Origin: the human T2T-CHM13v2.0 reference genome, Homo sapiens
DNA length: 64,000 nt
Reading direction: 5' to 3' (one strand)
Assembly (NCBI RefSeq): GCF_009914755.1
Contig: NC_060926.1
Below the pieces are notes generated by a model. It had not been told where the DNA came from, did no database searches, and saw only the letters and a list, made by a program, of their open reading frames with translations. Positions 30,497-44,467 of this stretch are shown here, in pieces. Position numbers and translations under genes: made by a program. How positions within the stretch are numbered: the stretch's first letter is position 1; each line of letters opens with the position of its first letter.

Positions 30497-31698
30497 TTAT
30501 TGACCATTTCTATGTATCATCTTTTATGTAGTATCTGATCAACACTTTTGCCCATTTTTAAACTGACTGTCTTACTCTGTTGGAGGAGGTCTTCTAGTAC
30601 TAAAAACATTGTAAAACAAGGTAGATTTGGAAAGCATTAACATATACTATCATTTTATTCTGTCTACAATGGGTTGTGAAAAGAAAACCATTTTGTTCAA
30701 TTTCTAACTCCACGCAGTAAAAAATAGGTAAAATATTGATTAAAGGAAAATTTGAGAAAAGAATGGTAACAATTTACAAATATGGCATCACATTCAGTCA
30801 GATGACCTCAATCTAACCTATTCCTTTCTCAACAACCACAACAGCACAACAATAAAATAAGTCAAAGTAACTTAACCTAGACAGATCATGTACAAAAAAC
30901 ACATACAAATCAGTAAATTGTTGCCAAGGTCCACAAGTTGTGTTTCTAAGTGTGTTTATGGCCTCTTTGCATAAACGTAATCCATCCGGTTTACTTATAA
31001 TGTACTGGCTATCCAAAACCCATTTACTAGGCCAGCATATGTTGATGATACCAACCAAACAAGAGGTTTAAGGCCTTTAAACTGCCAATTCTAAAACTGT
31101 TTTTCACTTTCTTATTTTTTCTTGCTTTACTCATTAATTCCCTACTACTCTTTACCTTCCTCCATCCTCCATTCTTTCAAGTCTGGTCATGTCCTATTAC
31201 TTTAAGAGTGATTTAGACTTGAACAATCATTTCTCACACTCGCCCCTCCTTATTCCCTCCTACCCTTCCCTAACCCCAAGCAACCACTAACCTTCTGCCT
31301 GCAGATTTGCCTATTCTAGACATATCATATAAATGGAATCATACAATTTTATCTTTTGTGATTTCCTATACTTTTAGGTCCTAGGATTTCTGAGTATAAA
31401 TTCTAATACAACCATATATTTTCTAAAATATAGAGCTTTAATTATTACATATTATTGCTATATATTTTCTTTCCCCGCTGAATATCTCAATAGAACTGCA
31501 GGACTTATTTATATTCATGATGGACTATTTATAATAATTTAATTCCCTTGGGGGAAAAAAAAAAACTACCATATGTAAGTTATTTTGACAAAAACATTTA
31601 AGTACCATAACCTTAACTATTGAGTCCTTTCAACAAAGTAAGATAAATTATTCCTGTTGTGAAGAAGGTAATATATTTTACTTACTGTAGAGTCTTAC

Positions 31699-31913
31699 CT
31701 TGACTAAGATGTTCATGGTAAATGGAAGCTAAATTGGGAAGATGTTGTTGGAGGTGAGATGTCAGTTCCGCATGTGAATTAATCTGAACTAGCTCCTCTT
31801 CACATCCAGATTCTTCACCATCAAAATCAGCCATATTTTTTTCTGATTTTGCACTAACCTGGGAGCTACTACAACTGACATCATCTGCACTTAGCATATC
31901 ATCAACCATATGC
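31699..31913 (-). CDS. USP34: USP34 coding exon (~exon 16), 215 nt, HMVDDMLSADD...YHEHLSQG
   Basis: ORF track 31682..31936; ttttgtag|GCA acceptor; AAG|gtaaga donor. Confidence 0.96.
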
Positions 31914-32675
31914 CTACAAAACAGAGAAAAGCACAAAGTTAGTAATTACGAATGTGAATCTAATTTGTGAACCACAAAAAATACCTCTCTTAAACTTACA
32001 AATACACTTAGAAACAAACCGACATCTGCTTATTAACAATATGGAATGTTGAGAGCTTTACGAAACTGAAAACTTCACACTGTCAGAATTATTAAATAAT
32101 TTTACAATATACAGTCATATTACCAGGCCTATTAAGACACCTCATTAAAACAAATTCAAAGAACAATTTTAGGCAAGATCACTAATACTCACTGTTTACA
32201 TATTATTTTATACTCAAAGTCTATAAAATGTGAAACCATAAAAAGTGTGGTTTTTTACAACTGTAGAATCAAACCAAAAAAACATTTCAATTTAAGGCTG
32301 CAGTCTTGATGGACTTAATATTAACTGGGGAACTTCTAACCAAACAAACCCAAATTAAGTATTCATTTCTAAAACACATTGTTACCGGACATAAAGACAA
32401 AATGATTTAAAAAATCGAAAAATAACATGAAGTTCAGGGTTGATTTAGAGACTCACAAGTAGTACCATTAATACACAGAATATGAAAAGAGCTAAAATGA
32501 AAAATTAAATCATTAGGTCTTGTGAGGTATGGAATGGGTATAGGTGTCAAAACTAAGATTTGCAGTGTACCAAACTGAATATATTGCACCTCAGTTTTTT
32601 AACTGCTTTGTCTTCATCATGAGCTGTGCTGGGGACAACTGTGAATGTTTGTATCTATAATGCAAGATAGTGAGC

Positions 32676-33216
<541 letters not shown>

Positions 33217-33419
33217 TTAATCTCAGATGCATCAGTGCTAAGAATTAAAAAGCAAAGGAAATAAAGAAGTAATATGTATAGATATGTAGAGTTCACCCTA
33301 ACAACTTAATTGCATTCTGGAAGATCTGGCAAATTGTCGAGTATAGCAAAACTCAATCTGATAAAGGGCATACCCATGATTCACCATAAACTCACATAGT
33401 ATCACTCGTAACGACAATG

Positions 33420-33880
33420 ATAAATATACAGCTAACACTTATCGAGCACTTATTGTGCACCAATCACATTAGTTAGCCCAGGAAATCCTCACAATAAAAC
33501 CATGAGATAGATACTATTGTGCCCATTTTATTTTTAGAGACAGAGTCTCATTCTATTGCCCAGGCTGAAGTGTAGTGGTGCAATCACCACTCACTGCAGT
33601 CTTGATCTCCTGGACTCAAGCGATCCTTCCACCTCAGCCTCCCAATTATCTAGAACTACAGGTGTGTGATACCATGCCTGGCTAGTGTTTTTAATATTTT
33701 TGTAGAGACAGGGCCCCACTAAGTTGCTCAGGCTGATCTCAAGCTCCTGGCCTCAAACGATCCTCCTGCCTTAGCCTCCAAAGCACTAGGATTATTGTTC
33801 CCATTTTATAGATTGAAAAAATGAAGAAAAATTAATTATTTTGCCCATCATAATACCACCACTAAGTGACAGAATCACAT
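33420..33880 (-). mobile_element. MIR split by an AluJ (33530-33793, minus)
   Basis: atcgagcacttattgtgcacc...cccattttatagat; TSD attgt(g/t)cccattttat. Confidence 0.72.
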
Positions 33881-34119
33881 TATTTGGTATATTTCACAGA
33901 TAACCAAAAAGTTTTATGCTGGAGCTTACCCTTTTAAATACCCTAAAATTAGATGTGTAAAATTTCCCTTTCTTAATCACAATTTAGGAAAGTTTCCATA
34001 AGCACTCATATCTTTTTTAGGCATTTATTACAAGATGTTGAAAATCTAATCCTGTGTTATCCAATATAATACCAACTAGCCATATGTGACCATTACACAC
34101 ATAAAACATGGTAGGTCTA

Positions 34120-35060
<941 letters not shown>

Positions 35061-35239
35061 TATTTTAAAGAATTAAAGGGTGGCTGGTCTAAATTGAAAA
35101 GTGCTATAAGTATAAAATATGCACTAAATATTGAAGACTTGGTAAGAAAAAAAGGAAGGAAATACCTTAGTAATTTTTATACTTATTACATGTGTAAATG
35201 GCATTGTGGATATTATTGGTTTAACATGATTAAAATTAA

Positions 35240-35581
<342 letters not shown>

Positions 35582-35752
35582 TAAATGTGCCCAATAGAAA
35601 ACTTGAAATTATCTATTTGTAGCTTACATTTATAGTTTGCACTATACTACTAATGAATAGCACTAATACAGAATAAATTGCAAATTGAATATAGGATATA
35701 ATACTTCCCTAAAGGAAATATGAACTGAATATTTATTTTGAAGTAGGCTTAC

Positions 35753-36363
35753 CCATCGTGGTGGTGGTGATGGTGGTGGTGGTGGTGGTGATGCTGTGGA
35801 CCAATAAATTGTCGACAATTAAATAATTCATTCCCAATAGTCTCCCCAAGGAAGTCCCCAGTTCGTGTGATACAAGACTCCTGAGACCCTTGTGCTATAT
35901 GAGTAGCATTCATTTCCCCTGAAATATCATGTTCTGGGTCTTCAGAGTGTGAACAAGCATCCAGCATTCGCATTCGATTATCTACTGATGGCAATGATTC
36001 AGTGTTAAAAACCAGGTCCTTTCCTGTTCCGCTGCTTGTCCCATTTCTTTCTGACGTGCCTTGGGAGTCCCCCAGGCAAATGCCTGCTTGACTCTCTAAC
36101 TTTCTATTCCGAAGATCTGTACCACAACTGCTTTTGGGAGGATTATGACCATGATCATCGTCTTCATCTTCCTCTTTGAGGGCTTCAATATCTGCAATGT
36201 CTTCTGACTGTACCTCACTGCCAGGGCTCCCAGCTGACTGGCTTGCGTGGCTAGAATTAACCTCATTGCTAGATCCATCACTATGCCCACTACTGCTACC
36301 AGGACCACTGCTTCCATCTTCACCACTGTTGGCAGTTTCGTCAGAACTTCCCTGCATGGATTC
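35753..36363 (-). CDS. USP34: USP34 large coding exon (~exon 15), 611 nt, Ser/Gly/acidic low-complexity region ending in poly-His
   Basis: ORF track 35749..36357; aatacag|GAA acceptor; TGG|gtaagc donor. Confidence 0.97.
35758..35793 (-). repeat. Coding (CAC/CAT)12 repeat encoding 12 His
   Basis: Plus strand (gtg)4 atg (gtg)6 atg within exon 15. Confidence 0.95.
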
Positions 36364-36638
36364 CTGTATTTTGAAACAAATAGATTTAAATAAATATTTA
36401 AACCAGTAAGAAAAAAGGTAACCAACATTAATAAACTGTACTTTTTAAAAAGGCTGCCAGTCTTGTTATACTCCTTTGAACAATACAAAATGGAATTAAA
36501 AACTCAAAGGATGTCAAAAATATTACGTAAAGGAGAGGACAAGCCCAAACATGAATTATGTATATATACCCAATTCAAATGATAAACACGCCAGAAAGCC
36601 AAAAATGCCTATAAAAGAAGAAAAACCTATTTTCATAC

Positions 36639-36769
36639 CTCTGTGTCTGAAAGTCGTTGTTGCACATGTTTGGTTCTATTAATAAGTTGCTCATCCATTT
36701 CAATGTCACTACCTCCACTTTGATGTGTATCGCTATTATCACTGCTTTGAGGACTAGCTGCAGGTGACC
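36639..36769 (-). CDS. USP34: USP34 coding exon (~exon 14), 131 nt, WSPAASPQSSDNSDTHQSGGSDIEMDEQLINRTKHVQQRLSDTE
   Basis: ttatatag|GGT acceptor; GAG|gtatga donor. Confidence 0.96.
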
Positions 36770-37132
36770 CTATATAAAATACATTTTTTGTTTTTACTTC
36801 TAATTTATATTAACATTGACTTAACAGAATGACATTATCATTTGATTCCTTGACCTAGTTACCAAAGCTTTATGCTAAGTAGCCAAAAATAAAATCTCTA
36901 AATATGTTAACATTTGCTCATGATTTCTAAAGAAGATGTAAGATTCAATTAAAAGTCAAGATGTTTAAGATTTTAAGAAAAATGGGTAACACGAATATGT
37001 TAAAGGTTTACATCTCCTCAAAATGAACTTTATGACTGATACAAATATATTATTATGTAAAATCAATGAACTCTAGAAAACCACTATAAAAAACTAAGTC
37101 ATGTTGCCATGAATTTCTAAGGCTCAACTTAC

Positions 37133-37168
37133 AAGGTGATGGAGCTGTTCTTCTAAGCTCTTCTTCCT
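37133..37168 (-). CDS. USP34: USP34 small coding exon (~exon 13), 36 nt, EEEELRRTAPSP
   Basis: cttttccttcag|AGG acceptor; CTT|gtaagt donor; phase 1-1; frame continuous with neighbouring exons. Confidence 0.94.
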
Positions 37169-37441
37169 CTGAAGGAAAAGGAAAAAACAGGAGAAAAACA
37201 TTCTAAGTGACTCAGCTTCTTTGAGACAGCGTATCAGTTGTTCATATTACATAATCAACAAGATATAAGTGGAGAAACCTGCAATAAGGTTAAGTCCCCA
37301 CCACCTACAGTAGTTGTTGGGGGTGCCTGCACAGAAAAGCCTAAGAGAGGGGTAGTATATGTTGTCAGGAGACAAAAACTGAGTTCAACTAATGTTTCAG
37401 AAAGCCCTTGAAAGCTATGTATGTTAAAAAAAATACCCACT

Positions 37442-37830
<389 letters not shown>

Positions 37831-38142
37831 CTACTCTTAAAATTATTTCTGAAACAAAACTTGTTTGTTTACAAAATGAAATCTCCAAAGCTTTTGTTTA
37901 AAAAAAAAAGATAACCAAAGCTGAGAAAATCCAGTAACTACAAAGACTTCATCACTATCCTTCACTTAAAAGGTAAACCAAAACACGAACTAATCACAGT
38001 ATTAATCCTTTTATATGCACTCTTCTACCCATCCCACACTTATTTTAAAATAAAGATTGAACTGAATGTATTAGCAGAAAATATTTCAAATCTGAGTGAG
38101 AAGCTCTCAACAATTTACTTCAAAATACATGACATTACTAAC

Positions 38143-38272
38143 CTTTCTTATTTCCAATGGGAATATTAGTATTTAATAAAGATGCAAAAGAACTCTGTTT
38201 AGATAACTGAGCCTTAGCTGCTAGTGCGTTATTCCACAGTGCTTTAATTAACATGGATGCCAAGTACAGTGT
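38143..38272 (-). CDS. USP34: USP34 coding exon (~exon 12), 130 nt, TLYLASMLIKALWNNALAAKAQLSKQSSFASLLNTNIPIGNKK
   Basis: tttttag|ACA acceptor; AAG|gttagt donor. Confidence 0.96.
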
Positions 38273-38450
38273 CTAAAAAAAAGAGGGAGAGATTTCAGTT
38301 TGAGAATTCCAGGCAACACTAACAAATTTAATATCCTTTTTGTCAAACTGAAATGCCAAGACAATAAAATGAAAGTTAAATTATCTGAATCACAAGGAAA
38401 TTTTCACTTCACGGGAAAAAAAAAAAACTATCATGTTTTGAATGTATTAC

Positions 38451-38576
38451 CTGTTCAGTATGAACACTTGGCTCAAGAGCTGAGACCAGATTAAGTAGAT
38501 GTCTAAGTGGTACGGGATCCAAATTCTTGATGAGTGAAGGAAATAAGTCATGTATATACCGACTACAATGTTTCAA
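38451..38576 (-). CDS. USP34: USP34 coding exon (~exon 11), 126 nt, LKHCSRYIHDLFPSLIKNLDPVPLRHLLNLVSALEPSVHTEQ
   Basis: ttttctag|TTG acceptor; CAG|gtaata donor; follows a 19.6-kb intron. Confidence 0.96.
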
Positions 38577-38823
38577 CTAGAAAATCAAGTTAGAGAGAAT
38601 GGTCAAAAATAATTGCCCAATACATGTAGATTACCTGATATAAAAACAGTTTGAAAGTCAAAAAGTTGGCCAGTACACTAATATTTTTTAATATGACGGT
38701 AAAATGCTAATTATCTAAGATGATGAATGGCAGTGCATAAAACAGTAAAAACAAATTCACCTAAACAGAAATGAAACTTAACCAAACAAATGACAAGCTG
38801 AATTTCCTAATTATAAGAGGGAA

Positions 38824-39032
38824 GGCTGGGCGTGGTGGCTGATGCCTGTAATTCCAATACTTTGAGAGGCTGAGTTGGCAGCACAGCTTGAGCCCAGGAG
38901 TTTCAGATCAGTCTGGGCAACATAGTGAGACCTCATCTCTGTAAAAAATACATTTTAAAATTAGGTGGGTGCTGAGGTGCACACCTGTGGTCCCAGCTAC
39001 ATAGGCGGCTATGGTGGGAAGATCTCTTGATT
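38824..39032 (+). mobile_element. AluJ, 3'-truncated
   Basis: Left arm plus partial right arm. Confidence 0.82.
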
Positions 39033-39870
39033 CCAATGGAATTAATTTACATGTCATAATACAAAAATAAGTTAAATAGTAAATTAAAATACAAATAAGA
39101 CAATAAATTACGCTTAGGAGAAAAAAGTAAATTATCACAGGTGTGCCAGATTTGTTATTAAATCTTTATAAAGTATTTATATAATGCTTTTATTTTACTG
39201 GAGTACACAACAGAAACCCTTATAAAGATCTATAAAATAATAAACCATGAGATACAAAGACTTCTTTGTTATAATAAACACAAACATGTAAATTCATGAG
39301 GGACAATATTTATGAAGATATAAACACTAAATATTATGTCATGTAAAATAAAAGTATTTTACAGCCATGAAGCTGCTAACTACTAAATCAAGATAGGGTA
39401 ATAAACAGAAGATTAGACAAGTAATTCCCAATTTGAGGGCTGTCAAATGCAAAGTTTCCTACTTTTAATACATAAAAAAATCTATTAAAATATAGATTTT
39501 ACTCAAAAATACTGATTTTTATATTTTGTAGGCATACACATATGAATTCTCTTCTGCTGCTTCTCTTTCAGGGTAAATATGCACAACCTAATACTGAAAT
39601 ATAAGGTGAAATACATGTAAGAAAACATAATACTGCAGGAATTCTTCTATCTTGGTGAGGCTTCTTATAAATTACACTATCTGCTTCTACTGCTATTTAC
39701 TTTAACACCACTAAGTATCCATTTAAAAAACAATGGCAGTACTTCAATACTACAAACAGTATTTGATTTTAAGGACAAGTGAATACTCAGTAAGTTTACC
39801 ACTTTTACAGGTCTTGACTAAGAATGTTAATTTAAATATAGTATTAAATAACATTACAGATTAAAATATG

Positions 39871-40103
39871 CAAGTTAAGTATCCCCTATCTGAAATGCTT
39901 GGAAGCAGAAGTGTTTCAGGTTTTGGATTTTTCCACACTTTGGAGTATCTGCATTATATACTTACCAGTTGAAGATCTCTAATTCAATAATCCAAAATCT
40001 TAAATGTTCCAATGAGTACTTCTTTGAGCACCATGTTGGCACTCAGATCTCAAACTTTGTAGCAGTTCAAATTTTAGAGTTTTGGATTAGGAATTCTCAA
40101 TTT
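39871..40103 (+). mobile_element. Tigger4a/MER46A MITE
   Basis: gttaagtatcccctatctgaaatgcttgg...ggattaggaattctcaatttg|TA. Confidence 0.78.
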
Positions 40104-40371
40104 GTACTAACAGTTTTCTCTACTTTTTGCCAACAAGTAACTCTTACATGGTTTTTCTACTTAAAATATGATAAAAACACATATATACATGTTTATATAT
40201 ATAGTATATGTATATACTAAACTATACACTATATGTAATACATAATAAACTTCCAATTTTCTGCCAATTTAACCATTAATATAATGAAATTTCCATAATA
40301 TACTTAATTTTGATAATTAAGTATATTATTGAAACCTTGTTGGGGTTTCTAGGGTATTAATCTGCCACTTG

Positions 40372-40505
40372 GTTATTTTTGTTTTGTTTTATACAGATGA
40401 AGTCTCATGATATTGCCCAGTCTAATTTTAAAACGCCTAAGCTCAAGTGATCCTCTTGCCTCAGCCTCGCAAAGTGCTGAAATTACAGGAATGAGCCACT
40501 GAGCT
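40372..40505 (-). mobile_element. Alu monomer (FLAM-like)
   Basis: gctcaagtgatcctcttgcctcagcctc...atgagccactg. Confidence 0.78.
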
Positions 40506-40640
40506 TATTTTTAAGTAACAAGACCCTTGAGAAAAAAAATCATAAAATCCTGTAACTGAGATTAAAAAAAAAAAAAACCCACTCTTTCAAATGTGTACAT
40601 TATTTAATTCCACAGTACACAAAAAATATTATTAAGAATG

Positions 40641-40772
40641 CGTGGTGGTGGCAGCAGCAGAGGAGGAGGAAGAGGACAAAGAGGAGGAGGACAAGGAGGA
40701 TGAAGAAACAAAGATGACGAAGAGGACAAAGACGATGAAAACAAAGACGATGAAGACGAAAAAGAAAAGGAT
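40641..40772 (+). repeat. Purine-rich degenerate GAG/GAC/GAA low-complexity repeat
   Basis: gaggaggaggaagaggacaaa... with recurring acaaagacgatgaa units. Confidence 0.8.
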
Positions 40773-41270
40773 ATCAGGGAAGATGGGAGAACAGAAAACG
40801 CCAGGAATCCATTACTATACCAAGACAAAAAATGTACTAGCCGAATCAGATGTAAGTATCCTGAAACTCTAGAGTCAATCTGAACTTCTACACTTAACAA
40901 TTTCAGCCTCCAATGCCATAGCTGCTACTGCTACCCATTTCTGACACGCACACTCCCAACCTGCCCATGCAATGACAGGCAGCTACGGAGACAACAATAC
41001 AGGTTTCTGGTACAGCTTCTGGAGACAGGTGGGCAGTAAGGACCACGTCCCTGAACATCAAGATTCTCTGTTCCGACAGCTAGCTGATTGCTAATTCTGA
41101 CTGGTGAGGTACAGGCACAGAGGCTGGCTGCCATTGTTTCAACACAAACCATCTGAAATGATTACTAGAGGTCTTAGAGTTGTACTTTTTTTTTGCGGAA
41201 CAAAACAAAAAAGGAAAGAACAAAAAGTCCACAGAAAATATACCTGAAGTCCACCTGTTGCACTTCCTAG

Positions 41271-41626
<356 letters not shown>

Positions 41627-42384
41627 TAAAAAACTTTATCTCAAAGATAGTAAGAGTAAAGACAGGAAAACAATGCATGAACAAAATGAGAATATCAGCA
41701 AAGGGACAGAAATTATAAAAAGGAACCAAAAAGAAATTATGGAAATGAAAGGTACAACAACTGAAATGAACAATACACTACACAAGGATTCAAAGGCAGC
41801 TCTGAGCAAGCGGAAAAAAGAATCAGCATACCCGTAAGTAGGACAACTGAAATTATCAAGTCTGAGGAAAAGAAGAAAAATGAATAGCCTAAGGGACCTG
41901 TGGGATACCATGAAGCAGAGCAACACATTCATTTTGGAAATCCCAGAATGCAAAGAAAAATGGAAAGACAGAATACTTAAATAACTAACTAAATAAATAA
42001 CCAATTTCATGAAAGACATGAATCTACAAATCCAAGATGTTCAACAAACTCCAAGGAAGATACACTCAAAAAGACCCCTATCGATACACAATGCAATCAG
42101 AATGTAGGAAGCCAAAGACGAAAATCTCAAAAACCACAAGTAACTTGTCACATATAAGAGATCCTCGATAAGATTATCAGCAAATTTCTCATCCAAAACG
42201 TTAGAGGCCAGAAGGCAATGAGCTGATATATTCAAGGGGCTAAAAGAAAAATCTTGCAATAAGAATTCTAAATTCAGCAAAACTGTCCTTCAAAAATTAG
42301 GGTTGAAATTAAGACATTCGCAGAAAAAAGCTGAAGGAGTTTGTGACACTTACACCTGCCCCATAAAAATTGCTAAAAGACAGT

Positions 42385-43123
42385 TTCCCAGTGTGCTTCT
42401 AGCCACTAAATGGGAGAAGGGGACACAAGATGGTAGCAACCACAAACTCTAGTTCCAGCCTCCCGCTGCTCAATGACCTGGTTAGCACTGGGGCAGCCAG
42501 GGCTGAAATGACCTGGCCTCAGCTAGCCTGAGCCGAAAAGAGTAGCTTTTTTTCACAGCCAGCCAAATGACTCAGAAAACCTAGAATGTTTGAGGAAAAA
42601 GTGTTCACTATGTTGGGTTGGGCAACATGTGGAGGAACTGAAAGCCTGGAGCCTGGGCCCAGGAATTGAGGAAATGTGAGGCTGGGGCTCAGAGGTGCTC
42701 ACACTGAGGCAGACCCTTGGGTGATCAGGTAGTTGCCAGAATGCTTCAATGCTCACCTCCAACTCCTGATTGAGTACTTGGTGCTCTTGTGGTGCACTGT
42801 ACCAGACCCCATGCTATACAAGCTTGCTGGGACCAGCCCAATCTCAGAGCCCCACATCCCTCTGTTGTTGCTGTATCCCCCATGAGGCACTTGTCTCTAT
42901 CCTGCAAGACAGGCACTCCCCGAGGAAAGGGACAGCAGCAATGAATTATCCCTGTGTTCTCAGTGACCAGCATGAAACCCAGCACGAATATGCATTAGTA
43001 ATTGTTGGAATGAACCCTTTTCATGTCTTCAAAAGTTCTGGGGAATAATGGAATGATTTAATTTGGTCTTTGAGTAGGGTACAAGATGAATAAATATAAA
43101 TTGTCTTGCAAAGAGAAAAAAAA
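42385..43123 (+). pseudogene. Retrocopy of the PPP1R8 (NIPP1) 5' end: 5'UTR + exon 1 + retained intron 1, polyadenylated
   Basis: caagATG at 42430 reads MVATTNSSSSLPLL, versus NIPP1 MAAAANSGSSLPLF(DCPTW) as recalled. acctg|gttagc at 42480/42481 is a decayed exon-1 donor. AATAAA at 43089-43094, A-rich tail 43110-43123. Flanked by a duplicated L1 target (aaattgctaaaagacagt / aaatgctaaagagt). Confidence 0.85.
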
Positions 43124-44054
43124 TGAGACAAATGCTAAAGAGTCCTTCCAGTTGAAATGAAATAAGAAAGATCTCTGATAAATACACAGGCAATTATTAC
43201 AGATAATACTGAAATTTCAGTTTGTAACTCCACTTTTTATTTTCCACATGATTTAAAAAACAAAGAATAATTATTAACCTGCCTTACTAGGCACACAACA
43301 TACCAAGTTGCAATTTGTGACAGTAGTAATAAAAATGGAGAGATGGAGTCATTAGGAGCAGAGTTTTTACATGGCATTGAAGTTAAGCTGGTATAAATTG
43401 AAATTAGATTGTTATACCTTTAGGAAGTTAAATGTAATCTCCATGTTAAATACAGAAGAAAATTAAAAGGAAATCGAACTGTTTCACTACAAAAACAACA
43501 ACAACAACAACAACAACAAACAAACACAAACCACCAAAACAACTAAACATACAAAAAAGGCAGTAATGGAAGAAATGAGGCAGAAAAACACTACAAGACA
43601 TAGAGAAAAGAAAAGGCAAAATAACACAAGTTTGTCCCTCTTTATGAGTAATTATTTTAAATGTAAATGGTTTAACTCTCCAATCAAAAGAAAAAGACAG
43701 AATTGGTATTTTTTTAAAACTTGATCCAATTGTCTATAAGAGGTTTGCTTTATATCCAAAGACACAAAAAGGTTTAATGTGAAAGGACAGAAAAAGATAT
43801 TCCACGCAAATAGCAAGCAAAAGCTAGCTGGGTTGGCTATACTAACATCAAATAAGATACAATTTAAATTTTAAAAAGGTTACCAGAAAAAAACAAATGG
43901 AATTACCATTTAATCCAGCAATCTGACTCCTAGGTATATGTCTAAAAGAATTCAAAGCAAGATCTCAAAGAGGTATCTGTACTCCCATGATCACTACAGC
44001 GTTATTCCTAACAGCCAGGATGTAAAAGCAGCCCAAATGTCCATCAACAGATGA

Positions 44055-44467
<413 letters not shown>

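Noticed and set aside
36096-36488. 130-aa minus-strand and 77-aa plus-strand ORFs overlapping exon 15
   Set aside because: Alternative-frame and antisense shadows of a low-complexity coding exon; the longer one starts in the intron.
40642-40872. Calreticulin-like or other acidic-protein pseudogene
   Set aside because: Only compositional resemblance; no flanking unique coding match, KDEL, poly-A or TSD. Kept only as a low-interest repeat.
42553-43048. ORFs within the PPP1R8 retrocopy as a functional retrogene
   Set aside because: The NIPP1 frame has a 5-nt deletion and stops within about 35 codons; the other ORFs are chance frames in intron-derived sequence.
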